Assembly (NCBI GenBank): GCA_963977015.1 | Contig: CAXBMO010000032.1 | Coordinates: 1 to 58,898, forward strand | Length of the DNA stretch: 58,898 bases | Reading direction: 5' to 3' | Origin: an uncultured bacterium | GTDB taxonomy: Bacteria > Verrucomicrobiota > Verrucomicrobiia > Verrucomicrobiales > DEV007 | Shown here: in pieces, positions 13,333 through 23,336 of the stretch | How the letters are laid out: each line of letters starts with the position of its first letter | Numbering within the stretch: position 1 is the first letter of the stretch | The notes under the pieces: model-generated | Told to the model about the DNA's origin: nothing | The model's database searches: none | The model's input: the letters and a program-made list of their open reading frames with translations, nothing else | Translations under genes and position numbers: made by a program

Positions 13333-15843
13333 CTATTTGGTTCGAAAGAGTTTACTCGCGGCAATCTCATGAATCATCGCGCGGGTTGGATACCGATCTT
13401 TAGCGAGGCGCTCAATAATATTCAAGACCACGGTTTCGTCGGAGAACTCGATCGTCCGGCCCAAGCCGTAGGCGAGCATCGATTCGACCATCTCCTGAGC
13501 CAGGTCGGCTTCGTGGCTGAGCAAGACCGACTTCAATCCTTCAAGATCGCTAAACGCGGCCCCGTCTGGAAGCGTCCCGCCCGGCTCGATCGCAACGTCT
13601 CGGCGTCCAACTTTTTCGGTCGTGCGCCATTTGCCAATCACGTCGAAGTTTTCCAGGCCAAATCCAATCACGTCCATCTTCCGGTGGCACGAAGCGCAAA
13701 CCGCCTGGTTTTGGTGAAGCTCGACCAGTTGCCGATTCGTCGACGGCTTCTTGTTGTCGGTCCCCAACTCGGGAACATTCGGCGGCGGGGGCGCGGGCTT
13801 GTCGTGAAGCAATTTCTCCATCACGAGCGCTCCCCGAATCACCGGCGATGAACGCTCTCCGTTTGAGCCCAAGGTCAGGAACGCGGTCTGCCCCAGCAAA
13901 CCCCCACGCGGGCTCCCTTCCGGCAAACTCACCCGCCGAAATTCATCCGAATCCGCGCCGGGGATGTCGTAGTGTTCGCCAAGCACCGAGTTGATCACCA
14001 CAAAGTCGGAGTCGATCAGATTGGAGATGGGCAGATTCTCCTTCACGAGCTCGCCAAAGAACGCGGCCACTTCCTGATAGGCGGAAAGTCGAACTCCCGC
14101 GTTAAAACGAAAGTAGGCTTGTTCATCCACCGTAATCGCGTTGAAGCGGGGCAGCTCCGCCCATTGGCTCGCAAACCCGTCCATGAAGGAAGCAGACTTC
14201 GGATCATCGAGCATGCGATCGACCTGCGCCTTGAGCACCTTTGGCTGAAAGAGCGTCTTGTCTTTGGCGCATTGATAGAGCTCCGCATCCGGAGGGCGAC
14301 TCCACAGAAAATACGCCAACCGCACCGCGAATTCCCGCTCGTCGAGTTGTCGTTTTTCACCCGATTCCTCACTCGCCTCCTGAAGAAAGAGAAATCCCGG
14401 AGACGACAGAATGATTCCAATCACCTCCCCCATCGCCTCTTCGTACTTCATTCCGCTGGATCGATTGTTCTCAAAAATCGTGACCAACTGACCCACAAAT
14501 TCCGGGCTCGCTTCCTTGCGACGAAACGCCTCGAACGCGAACCGTTGAATCAACTCTCGCGCGCTGGCATCCTGCATCATCGCGGATCGCTTTCCACGCA
14601 CATACCCTTCCGGATAAATCAGGTTCCCAAAAAAGCTGAGCGGACGATCGTAGAACGGGCCTTCCATCTCCAACCGGTCAATCCAGATCGAAGCCCATTG
14701 GCCGCCGGGGTCCAACCGCTTCAGGTAGCTATCCAGGACGCGAATATCCGCGCGATTTTCTTCCACGTGAAAACTCATCACGCGATAGGAAATATTTCCC
14801 TCCACCGACATCCCAACCGTTTGCGGTTCTTCCGCCGTCCCTTGAACTTTCACCACGCCGATCGGGCCCGCGTTGTCCGAGAACCTCAGAAATTTGCGGA
14901 TCTCCGGCGGATCCCCAACGATCCCGGCCCGGACCTTCACCTCATAACGGGCCCGTGGATCGATTCCCCGATTCATCCCGAATCGCTTGGTCTCGTTCGT
15001 CGCGTCCACCACATACATTCCGGTATCCACGAGGGGATACTCCAGATATTGGCGAGGTTTGCCGGCTCGATTTTTGAACTGGCTGAAGATGATCTTGGCC
15101 TCGCCCTCATCCTTGAACCCCATTTCCTGCCAGGTCGCGCCAGCCAGCTTCATCTCCATTTTCTTGTCGAGATCGGCGAGCGTCGTTCGCAACCGTTCGG
15201 TGACGCGCTCTTCCGCTTCGCGACTATTCTTGGTGGGGCGCTGATGAGGCTTGCCCGACCATTGAAAGCCATTGGCCGCCACCACTTTTCCCAATTCGAG
15301 ATACTTCTCAAAGTGGGACGACGTGAAGAACTGATCAGCCCCGACCGTATCGAACGCTTCCGACTCTCCATCCTCCGGCACCATGTGTAGTGGAACCTTG
15401 AAGCCAAACAACTCGGTAATCGTGTTCGCGTATTCCCGTTGATTGAGTCGACGCATCTTGATTTCGCCGCCGTGATCGGTCAGCCGCATTCGCGCCTTCA
15501 GCAGCGCGCCGGTCAAGGTGTCGAGAATCCGCGACAGCTCGGCGTCGCTCGGCTGCGGTTCATCTTCCGGAGGCATCTCGCCGCCATTCAATACGTCCAG
15601 CACATCCTGCCATCGCTGCGCCGTGTCGTTGTTGGTGATTTCCCAGGAAACCTCATCAAACCGAACCTGGCCTTTCTGTTTGTCAGGCCCGTGACACTTC
15701 ACACAATTCTCTTTCAGGAATGGCTCCAACTTCGCTTTCGGCATCCGCGTGCGTTGCGGCAACTCGGCCTGCACCAGAACCGGCAGAAAGGCCAGCACGA
15801 CACTCCATCTCACCATTCGTTTCCGGGATTTCGTCAACTTCAT
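13333..15843 (-). CDS. DUF1592/DUF1588/DUF1587-type PVC cytochrome c protein
   Basis: CVKCH and CASCH heme motifs, RRLNQREY, RLAYFLWS, SSPVIRG. Confidence 0.92.
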   Translation of the reverse strand: MKLTKSRKRMVRWSVVLAFLPVLVQAELPQRTRMPKAKLEPFLKENCVKCHGPDKQKGQVRFDEVSWEITNNDTAQRWQDVLDVLNGGEMPPEDEPQPSDAELSRILDTLTGALLKARMRLTDHGGEIKMRRLNQREYANTITELFGFKVPLHMVPEDGESEAFDTVGADQFFTSSHFEKYLELGKVVAANGFQWSGKPHQRPTKNSREAEERVTERLRTTLADLDKKMEMKLAGATWQEMGFKDEGEAKIIFSQFKNRAGKPRQYLEYPLVDTGMYVVDATNETKRFGMNRGIDPRARYEVKVRAGIVGDPPEIRKFLRFSDNAGPIGVVKVQGTAEEPQTVGMSVEGNISYRVMSFHVEENRADIRVLDSYLKRLDPGGQWASIWIDRLEMEGPFYDRPLSFFGNLIYPEGYVRGKRSAMMQDASARELIQRFAFEAFRRKEASPEFVGQLVTIFENNRSSGMKYEEAMGEVIGIILSSPGFLFLQEASEESGEKRQLDEREFAVRLAYFLWSRPPDAELYQCAKDKTLFQPKVLKAQVDRMLDDPKSASFMDGFASQWAELPRFNAITVDEQAYFRFNAGVRLSAYQEVAAFFGELVKENLPISNLIDSDFVVINSVLGEHYDIPGADSDEFRRVSLPEGSPRGGLLGQTAFLTLGSNGERSSPVIRGALVMEKLLHDKPAPPPPNVPELGTDNKKPSTNRQLVELHQNQAVCASCHRKMDVIGFGLENFDVIGKWRTTEKVGRRDVAIEPGGTLPDGAAFSDLEGLKSVLLSHEADLAQEMVESMLAYGLGRTIEFSDETVVLNIIERLAKDRYPTRAMIHEIAASKLFRTK

Positions 15844-15875
15844 CTTTAACTACGGCTTCGTGTATCGACAGGGGT

Positions 15876-17462
15876 TCAGGGGCGGGTTTGAAGATAGATC
15901 TTCCGAATTTCTTCGGGACTCAGCGCCGATTTCCAAACCGTCATTTCATCGATTCGCCCGACGAAATTGCGAATCGCCTGGCTGGATTTTTGGGGACGAT
16001 AGGGCAGCCCCCAGTTGCCAATCTCAGCTTCCCCAATCGTCAGGGACTGATCATACACAATCTTCTCACGAGCCACCTCCCGGCTGTTCAGGAAATGACG
16101 AACTTCACCGGCCTCCCGGTCATAGGTCGAACAAACGAGGTTCCAGGTTCCAATCCGGCGCGGGTTCAACAACACCGGCGATCCATAGCCACTCGCCGAA
16201 AGCTTCTCATCACGGGACGGCAGGCGAATCCCCAGTCGCAACGTCCCTTCGGCAGAGAACTGCCAGTGAACGCGCCCCACCTCATAACTATCGGTCAACA
16301 GCAGGGACTGCGCTCTCCCGGTCAAGGCATCCATCCGAATCCAGGCAGACAGCGTTAACGCGTCAAACTCACCGGGAATCTCAATCCGGACCCGGTCTCC
16401 CGGACGCTTGAACTCGAGAGCGCCTTTTCCAGGCCATCGTCCGGATGCCGACTCGGTCCCCACAACCACGCCATGGTAGTTCGGCGAGCTTCGATCCAGA
16501 ACCTGCGACTGCACGTCTTCAAAATCATAGTAGGCAACCAGCCGGGAATCCGTCCGGACATCCTGGTTCCACTTTTGCCACCGCTCGAATTTGCGCTGCG
16601 ACGCGTCGCGAGTCTGACTCTTGAACTCTTCGAACGAGGCAAAGTTGGATTGCTCGGGCACAATGCGTTCGGTTTCCCCTGAAGCCGCCCAGGACAACCC
16701 CGAACCGCCGAGAAGCCGTTGCAACTTGCCCGGCGCCCGTTTCCCATCGGGTGGATACAACTCCACCTCGCCGTCAAACACGAGCACCTTGGCTCCTCCT
16801 GTTGCGCCGACCTCAACCCCAAACTCCGTCCCCAGGTCGACCAGCTCAAACTGCGGCGCCAAGACCGTAAACCCGCGAGCCTGAGGCGGAACCTGCGCCC
16901 TGACTTTGCCGTTGTGGCAAACCGTTCGGCTCGCCGAAACCAGTTCCAACTCGGCTGGACCTTCCACAATCAACCGGGCCCCACTGTAAAACTCAATCTG
17001 GGCAAGCCCCTTCAAGAGCTTCAACGTTCCCGGCGAAAACACGGCTCCCGATTCCAGATCCGAATCCCCTTCCCAAATCGCATTGACCGACTGCTTCAAA
17101 TAGGCAACGCCATCGTCCTGCAACTCAGCGACCGGCAACACCGCGCCATCGCCATTGTCAAACATTGATCCCAATCCGAGACCGATCCCAAACACAACGA
17201 CTGCGGCCGCCGCCGCCCAAACCCATCCCATGGTTGGTCGATTGATCGCAATCACCTTCTCTCCCCAGGCTTCCTTGATCTCGTCCACACGTTCCGCGCC
17301 CTGCTGGAGATGAGCGTCCAACGCGAGATACTGTCGCAGATCCGCCCGTAGCGCTGCCGATTCCTCCAGGGCCTTTTCAAACCGCGTAAACTGCTCCGGA
17401 GACATCGTCTCGTTGCAATACGCCTCGATCCATTTTCGATGCTCGTCTCCACTTCCACTCAT
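15876..17462 (-). CDS. FecR-domain anti-sigma factor with LamG-like C-terminus
   Basis: TM helix, VDLGTEFGV FecR motif, LamG-like end; ATGA overlap with the upstream sigma factor. Confidence 0.9.
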   Translation of the reverse strand: MSGSGDEHRKWIEAYCNETMSPEQFTRFEKALEESAALRADLRQYLALDAHLQQGAERVDEIKEAWGEKVIAINRPTMGWVWAAAAAVVVFGIGLGLGSMFDNGDGAVLPVAELQDDGVAYLKQSVNAIWEGDSDLESGAVFSPGTLKLLKGLAQIEFYSGARLIVEGPAELELVSASRTVCHNGKVRAQVPPQARGFTVLAPQFELVDLGTEFGVEVGATGGAKVLVFDGEVELYPPDGKRAPGKLQRLLGGSGLSWAASGETERIVPEQSNFASFEEFKSQTRDASQRKFERWQKWNQDVRTDSRLVAYYDFEDVQSQVLDRSSPNYHGVVVGTESASGRWPGKGALEFKRPGDRVRIEIPGEFDALTLSAWIRMDALTGRAQSLLLTDSYEVGRVHWQFSAEGTLRLGIRLPSRDEKLSASGYGSPVLLNPRRIGTWNLVCSTYDREAGEVRHFLNSREVAREKIVYDQSLTIGEAEIGNWGLPYRPQKSSQAIRNFVGRIDEMTVWKSALSPEEIRKIYLQTRP

Positions 17463-17992
17463 GCCGGGCTCTCCTTCAATGATTTTTGGATGCAATCCAG
17501 CAACGACGCGCGAATGCGGTTCAATCGCATATAAAAGGCCCCTTCCTTGACGCCGAGACGCGCTGCTTCATCGCGAGCGCTGGTGCCCTGGGTGTAGGCA
17601 AGCGTCACCCAGCGGCGCTGTTTCTCCGGCAACTTTTCCAAACACCCTTCCAACGCCTGATATTCCTGCGACCGAATCTCCGACTCGTCCACCGCCTCAT
17701 CCGCCATCAGCTCCAACAACTCCGTGTTAAACGCGAGGCGTTCCCGCGCCATTTTGCGGCGAAATGACAGCGTCTTGAATCGCGCGATCACGCAAACCCA
17801 TTTCAGGAAGGAAGTGCCCTGCTCAAACTCGGCAAACTTGCGCAAGGCGACGAGCGCGACCTCCTGCACAATTTCGTCCGCATCATGCCAATTCAGCCCC
17901 AACGACCGCACGAACGTCCGCAACCCCTGCTCATGGCTGGTGAACAGTTCGACGAACTTTTCGTAGTTTTCGGCGGAGGGAGCTTCTTCCAT
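17459..17992 (-). CDS. ECF sigma-70 factor
   Basis: DADEIVQE, FLKWVCVIAR, CLEKLP, RLNRIRASL; GGAGG SD before MEEAPS. Confidence 0.92.
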   Translation of the reverse strand: MEEAPSAENYEKFVELFTSHEQGLRTFVRSLGLNWHDADEIVQEVALVALRKFAEFEQGTSFLKWVCVIARFKTLSFRRKMARERLAFNTELLELMADEAVDESEIRSQEYQALEGCLEKLPEKQRRWVTLAYTQGTSARDEAARLGVKEGAFYMRLNRIRASLLDCIQKSLKESPA

Positions 17993-18097
17993 TCCTCCAC
18001 TAATTCCCGCCGCCAAAGAAACCTCACACAAATTCCTCAAAAAAACTTCAACGCTCGAACCTGACACCGGCCTTCCGTCGCTTCCAGCCAGCCGACC

Positions 18098-18742
18098 TTA
18101 CCCGGGCCGTTGAAACCCATTTCGCACCGCCTCGATCGGAACTCTCGCACAGCATCCTTCGATGTGATCATTCACCATTCCCATCGCCTGCATGAACGCG
18201 TAAGCCGTCGTCGGCCCCACGAACCGCCAGCCGCGCTTCTTGAGATCCTTGCTCAACGCTTTGGACTCGGCGGTCTGATTCAACTCACGCAATGCCGCCC
18301 AGGTCAGTTTCCTGGGCCGCGAAGCCGGATCCGGCTCCCATTGCCAGAAATACGCCGCCAACGATCCAAACTCCTTCTTCATCTCGCAAGCCCGTTTCGC
18401 GTTATTCATCGTCGCCTCAATTTTGCCCCGATGCCGAACAATCCCCGCGTCCCCGAGCAGTCGCGCCACATCTTTCTCCCCAAACTTCGCCACCGTTTCG
18501 AAGTCGAACCCCCGAAACGCCTTCCGAAAATTCTCCCGCTTGCGCAAAATCGTCAGCCAGCTCAATCCCGACTGAAACCCTTCCAGGCAAATCTTCTCGA
18601 ACAGCCGATGGTCATCGACAACCGGGTTGCCCCATTCCGCATCGTGATAGGCGATGTAATCATCATGCTCGGCGCCCCAAAAGCACCGAAGCTTCCCGTC
18701 CGGCCCTTTGGCCAACCCATTTTGAGGAATTTCGTAAGCCAT
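18098..18742 (-). CDS. tag: DNA-3-methyladenine glycosylase I
   Basis: RCFW, YHDAEWG, LEGFQSGLSW, IVRHRGKI, FVGPTT, NDH..C. Confidence 0.95.
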   Translation of the reverse strand: MAYEIPQNGLAKGPDGKLRCFWGAEHDDYIAYHDAEWGNPVVDDHRLFEKICLEGFQSGLSWLTILRKRENFRKAFRGFDFETVAKFGEKDVARLLGDAGIVRHRGKIEATMNNAKRACEMKKEFGSLAAYFWQWEPDPASRPRKLTWAALRELNQTAESKALSKDLKKRGWRFVGPTTAYAFMQAMGMVNDHIEGCCARVPIEAVRNGFQRPG

Positions 18743-19022
18743 GGTCCGGATCCTCGGCCAACACATCCTACTCGGCCATCAAATTCACGGAACAGAACCT
18801 GACTTCGCAACCAGCGGTGGAGAGGTTTGGCATTCGCAGAGCCCCCGCCTGGCTGCGCAGCTTCAAGAACAGGCGATTCCGGAGATGGCCGCCAGGTTGG
18901 ACGTTCCCTCCAAAAGCCATCGTGCCAGCGCCACCAACTAATCACGAATTTGTCCTTGGACAACCAGCCTGATCCGATGCTTGAATTCCCTGACGGAACT
19001 ACTCCGTTTTGAGATCAATCTG

Positions 19023-22000
19023 ATGCAGGAGAATTGGACAGCAGAAAGTGGCTATATCGAAGCGCAGCGACGCATTCGGGCGGCCGCAGAATCGAACCAC
19101 ACCACCCTGGACCTTCATGATCTTCCTTTGGCCGATCTCCCTCCGGAACTAGGCCAATTAGGGGGATTGAAAGAACTCTTTCTGGGGAACCAGTTTCGAG
19201 ATCCCGAAACTGGTTACATTCTATTGGACCGCCCCCCACCCAACAAAAATATTGTAGATCTCTCGGCCCTGGCCGGCCTCAGCGCCCTGCAGCTCCTCGA
19301 TTTGGGCGGGTGCCGCCGGCTGAGCGATTTCTCGGGGCTGGCCGGCCTCAGCGCCCTGCAGCACCTCAATTTGAGCGGGTGCCGCCAGCTGAGCGACCTC
19401 TCGGTCCTGGCCGGCCTCGGCGCCCTGCGGCACCTCAATTTGGGCGGGTGCGACCGGCTGAGCGACCTCTCGGTCCTGGCCGGCCTCAGCGCCCTGCAGC
19501 ACCTCGATTTGGGCTGGTGCGACCAGCTGAGCGATCTCTCGGTCCTGGCCGGTCTCAGCGCCCTGCAGCACCTCGATTTGGGCTGGTGCGGCCAGCTGAG
19601 CGACCTCTCGGTCCTGGCCGGCCTCGGCGCCCTGCGGCACCTCAATTTGAGCGGGTGCCGCCAGCTGAGCGACCTCTCGGTCCTGGCCGGTCTCGGCGCC
19701 CTGCGGCACCTCTATTTGCGTAGTTGCGACCAGCTGAGCGATCTCTCGGCCCTGGCCGGTCTCAGCGCCCTGCAGCACCTCGATTTGGGCTGGTGCGGCC
19801 GGCTGAGCGATCTCTCGGCCCTGGCCGGCCTCAGCGCCCTGCAGCACCTCGACCTGTGGGGGACTAGCTCACCCACAATTTCCCGAGGGTTTCTTCAAGG
19901 TCTGAAAGACCGTTGTGACGGATTAAGTCATCTCATTATTCAACAGGCTGTTGAGATTCATCCGGCACTCCTGTCCAGAAGTGAAAGAGACAACTGTTTA
20001 GAGCGACTCTTTTCTGCACTCCGCGCGTTCGAGGATCCCCAGGCAAAGCCGGTGACGGATCAGGATGTCAAAGTGTTAGTTTTGGGAAATGGTGAAATTG
20101 GAAAGACCTGGTTTTGTCACCGATTGATGGGTCATGACCCGACCGCCCTGAAGTTGAAGTCCACCCACGGGATCCAGGTCTTGCGCGCGGGATTTCCCCA
20201 GGAGTTTATTGAGAGGCAGTTTCAGGATCAGACTGAGGCAAGCCCTACCAATTGGCTCAATCTATGGGATTTCGGGGGGCAGGATTTGTATCACGGAACC
20301 CACGCGTTGTTTCTCAATACACGCTCGGTGTTTTTGATGCTTTGGAAGGCCGGAGATGACGAGGAACAGGAGAGGATCGACTCTCTCGGTCATCCGGATC
20401 AGCGCCATACGCAACAGTATTGGGCCGACTACATCGAATCGCTCGCCCCGCGTGACAGCGCGGTGGTGGTCGCACAGAGTTTGTGGCGAGATGCGGAGAC
20501 GGGCGTGGACGATCGACCGGGCTCTTTGAACGCGGAGTTCCGGCATCTGAAACCGATCGAAAGCTATTACAATGCCAGCACCGGTGAACATGGTAAGGTC
20601 CTGAAAGAGGACTTGGAAACGGCGATCGCGCAGATTCGGGGAACGACGGGTGATCTTCTCATTCCCGGTTCCTGGGCCAAGGTTCGAGATGAGATTCAGG
20701 CGTGGCAGCAGGAATGGGTGGAATCCGAAGAGGTTTCGTTTGCGGAGCGCAAACGTCAGACGATTCCCTGGGATGAAGGTGAGGATTCGTTCGTGAAACT
20801 TTGCCAGTCCGCTGGAGATGTGGGCGATCCCAAGGTGCTGCTACAGTTTCTCCACGACACCGGGGTCCTGTTTCACAAAGAGGGAGCGTTTCAGAATCAA
20901 ATTGTTCTCGATCAGGAATTCGTGCTCAAGGCGATCTATGAGGTCCTCGACCGTGAAAATGTTCTCGAGTCCATCAAGCGCACCGGGCGTTTTACGATGG
21001 CAGAACTGTGGCAGAAAACGCCCTATTCCGAAGGTGATCAGGCATTGTTTCTTTCCTTGATGCAAGAATGTGGAATCTGTTTTGAGTTCCGCAAAGGTCC
21101 ACAGGGTGAGTCCGTCTATGTCGCGCCGGACCTCCTGCCGGATCGAAACGGCATCGATGATCCGGACCACCGCGACCGAGCCTCACTCGATGCGTGGAAC
21201 GCGATCCCAACACCGGAAACAGTCTATCGGCTGGACTTCGATTTCTGGCATCAGGCAATGGCGCGATCCTTCTTCAGCGAAGTTGGACGGGCGGCCGGGG
21301 ACCGGGCGACGTATTGGAAAAACGGGGTCTACTTTGAGGTACGGGAACATGGAGAAGAAGCGGTATGCCGGATCACCAAGGAACCGAGCCGGGCGGGAAC
21401 GGTGAATTGCGGATGCCTGACGATTCGCGTGAAAGGAGAGACTGCCGGTTCCATTCCGCTTCTGGCAAAAATGATTGCGGTGGTTCACAAAATCCAGACC
21501 GGAGTTCCACCTCGCGAGACTTTGGAGCGCGACGGCTGTCTTGTGAAGGTGAACTACGCTGACGAAAGCAAAGTGGACCAAAAGCGCCTCACATTGGATG
21601 AGGTTCATGCGGAAGAAGGCGGCGAAGAAAAGGTCGTGGCTTACGATCCGAATGACCCGGACCAATCCGAGCTGAAACCCGCAGCACCATTTCAAGAGAT
21701 TCTGCGATTCTTGGGAGATCGGGATCCAAGGCGAGCGATGAAGCAGGAAATGATGGAGGCCATCGCCGACAAGGATGACGCTTCGGAAGAACCGGAAAGC
21801 GGTCTTGAAAAGCTCGGGTTCATGCAAATCAAGGATTCGCTGCAAATGAAGCGAGGGCATGATGGGAGATTTGCGACGAGCGATGAATCGTCGGAGGTAT
21901 TGCCGAATCCCAGTGATCTCGTGCCTGTGACGACTACGCACGCCTCGGAATATGAGTACGACGTTTTCATCTCCCATAGCGATCGCGATCTGGAAGCCGC

Positions 22001-23327
22001 CAAATCCTTGACCGAGTTTTTGAGAGAGAAGGGCCTCACCGTGTGGCTCTTCGAAACCGCGATGAAGCCAGCGGATCCATGGAAGAATTGGGACACGGCA
22101 ATGGAGTTGAGCCAGAATCTCGTAATTCTTTTGGGTGGTCATTCAACCGGCCAAGAGCGGGAACTGGAATACTTCGAGAATCGGCAGAGGTCGGAGGGAG
22201 AGGAAACTTGCCGCATTCTTCCAGTATTGCTTCCTGGTGCTCGCGATCACGTTTTGTTCCCCCGATTTTTGGATCGTTGGATGTGGATTGAGGCGAAACA
22301 GGAATTCGGCGTTCGGGAGATGAAGTTGATCGCTAGCGTGTTTACCCGAGCTGAACCGGTGCTCGGCAAACGTCCAAAGCGCCGATGGATACCAGCCGTG
22401 CTTGTGCTCGGTTTAACCGGCGTAGTGGCTAGCGCTGGATGGCATTGGCGCGATTCGATTCAGGATTGGTCGGACAAGATCGGGGGCCGAGGAATCGTCG
22501 TCACAGAAATAGGCAGCGACGGCCAATCGCCACCCGCTGATTCACCAAGGGAAATTCCATCCATCGACAAACTCTACCAAGGGAGCCATGCCCTTATTAT
22601 CGGCAACGATACCTATCAACACTGGTCGAACCTGCCTTCGATCGTGGAAGAGACCAAGGAGGTGCAAGAGGCTTTGAAGAAGCAGGGGTTTACCATCTTC
22701 AAGGGTGGAGTTCAAAGGAACCTGACGGAGGACGAACTGCGCAGAACCTACGAAGACTTCATCGATGATCACGGGTTGGCTGACAAAAACCGATTGGTGC
22801 TCTATTTTGCGGGTCACGGTTTTACGCGCAAGAACGGAGACATTGGCTACATCGTGCCGGTTGACGCTCCCAACCCAAACGATGATGAAACCGGGTTTAC
22901 GCGAAAAGCGGTCGAAATGGATGCGGTCCGAACGTGGATGCGGAAGATCGAATCCCATCACGCACTCTTTCTTTTCGATTCCTGTTTTTCGGGCACGGCT
23001 TTCCTAACTCGCAGTCTAACCAATGAGGAATTGCCATCAGATATTGCGGCATTGGCTGAACTACCGGTCCGGCAGTTCATGACATCCGGCAGCGCGGACG
23101 AAGAAGTACCAGCTCGCTCCGTGTTTACCCAAGCCTTTGTCGATGCCATGACCAGACCCGTGGCGGATTTGGATGACAACGGCTATGTGATTGGCGCGGA
23201 ACTGGCGATTTACCTCCGCAAGGAAGTCGCAAAGTTCACTCCGATGGGAAACCGGGTTCAATACGGTGTCATCCGAGACCGAGCCCTCAGCCAGGGAGAC
23301 ATCGTTTTTGAAGTTTTGAGGGATTAA
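19023..23327 (+). CDS. Roco-family protein: LRR - Roc GTPase - COR - TIR - TM - caspase-like peptidase C14
   Basis: 23-aa LRRs; P-loop GNGEIGKT, STHGI, WDFGGQD; COR (LQFLHDTG); TIR YDVFISHS...RELEY; TM WIPAVLVLGLTGVVASAGW; C14 ALIIGN, FAGHG, DSCFSG. The start may be the TTG at 18981. Confidence 0.88.
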   Translation: MQENWTAESGYIEAQRRIRAAAESNHTTLDLHDLPLADLPPELGQLGGLKELFLGNQFRDPETGYILLDRPPPNKNIVDLSALAGLSALQLLDLGGCRRLSDFSGLAGLSALQHLNLSGCRQLSDLSVLAGLGALRHLNLGGCDRLSDLSVLAGLSALQHLDLGWCDQLSDLSVLAGLSALQHLDLGWCGQLSDLSVLAGLGALRHLNLSGCRQLSDLSVLAGLGALRHLYLRSCDQLSDLSALAGLSALQHLDLGWCGRLSDLSALAGLSALQHLDLWGTSSPTISRGFLQGLKDRCDGLSHLIIQQAVEIHPALLSRSERDNCLERLFSALRAFEDPQAKPVTDQDVKVLVLGNGEIGKTWFCHRLMGHDPTALKLKSTHGIQVLRAGFPQEFIERQFQDQTEASPTNWLNLWDFGGQDLYHGTHALFLNTRSVFLMLWKAGDDEEQERIDSLGHPDQRHTQQYWADYIESLAPRDSAVVVAQSLWRDAETGVDDRPGSLNAEFRHLKPIESYYNASTGEHGKVLKEDLETAIAQIRGTTGDLLIPGSWAKVRDEIQAWQQEWVESEEVSFAERKRQTIPWDEGEDSFVKLCQSAGDVGDPKVLLQFLHDTGVLFHKEGAFQNQIVLDQEFVLKAIYEVLDRENVLESIKRTGRFTMAELWQKTPYSEGDQALFLSLMQECGICFEFRKGPQGESVYVAPDLLPDRNGIDDPDHRDRASLDAWNAIPTPETVYRLDFDFWHQAMARSFFSEVGRAAGDRATYWKNGVYFEVREHGEEAVCRITKEPSRAGTVNCGCLTIRVKGETAGSIPLLAKMIAVVHKIQTGVPPRETLERDGCLVKVNYADESKVDQKRLTLDEVHAEEGGEEKVVAYDPNDPDQSELKPAAPFQEILRFLGDRDPRRAMKQEMMEAIADKDDASEEPESGLEKLGFMQIKDSLQMKRGHDGRFATSDESSEVLPNPSDLVPVTTTHASEYEYDVFISHSDRDLEAAKSLTEFLREKGLTVWLFETAMKPADPWKNWDTAMELSQNLVILLGGHSTGQERELEYFENRQRSEGEETCRILPVLLPGARDHVLFPRFLDRWMWIEAKQEFGVREMKLIASVFTRAEPVLGKRPKRRWIPAVLVLGLTGVVASAGWHWRDSIQDWSDKIGGRGIVVTEIGSDGQSPPADSPREIPSIDKLYQGSHALIIGNDTYQHWSNLPSIVEETKEVQEALKKQGFTIFKGGVQRNLTEDELRRTYEDFIDDHGLADKNRLVLYFAGHGFTRKNGDIGYIVPVDAPNPNDDETGFTRKAVEMDAVRTWMRKIESHHALFLFDSCFSGTAFLTRSLTNEELPSDIAALAELPVRQFMTSGSADEEVPARSVFTQAFVDAMTRPVADLDDNGYVIGAELAIYLRKEVAKFTPMGNRVQYGVIRDRALSQGDIVFEVLRD
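19257..19856 (+). repeat. 69-bp tandem repeat encoding LRRs (8 full units plus 1 partial)
   Basis: Unit approximates DLSvLAGLsALqHLdLgwCdqLS, near-identical at DNA level. Confidence 0.95.
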
Positions 23328-23336
23328 AGCCGATCG

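Noticed and set aside
19214-19847. CRISPR or repeat-protein ORFs on other frames of the 69-bp repeat
   Set aside because: No spacers; the alternative ORFs are shadows of the in-frame LRR repeat.
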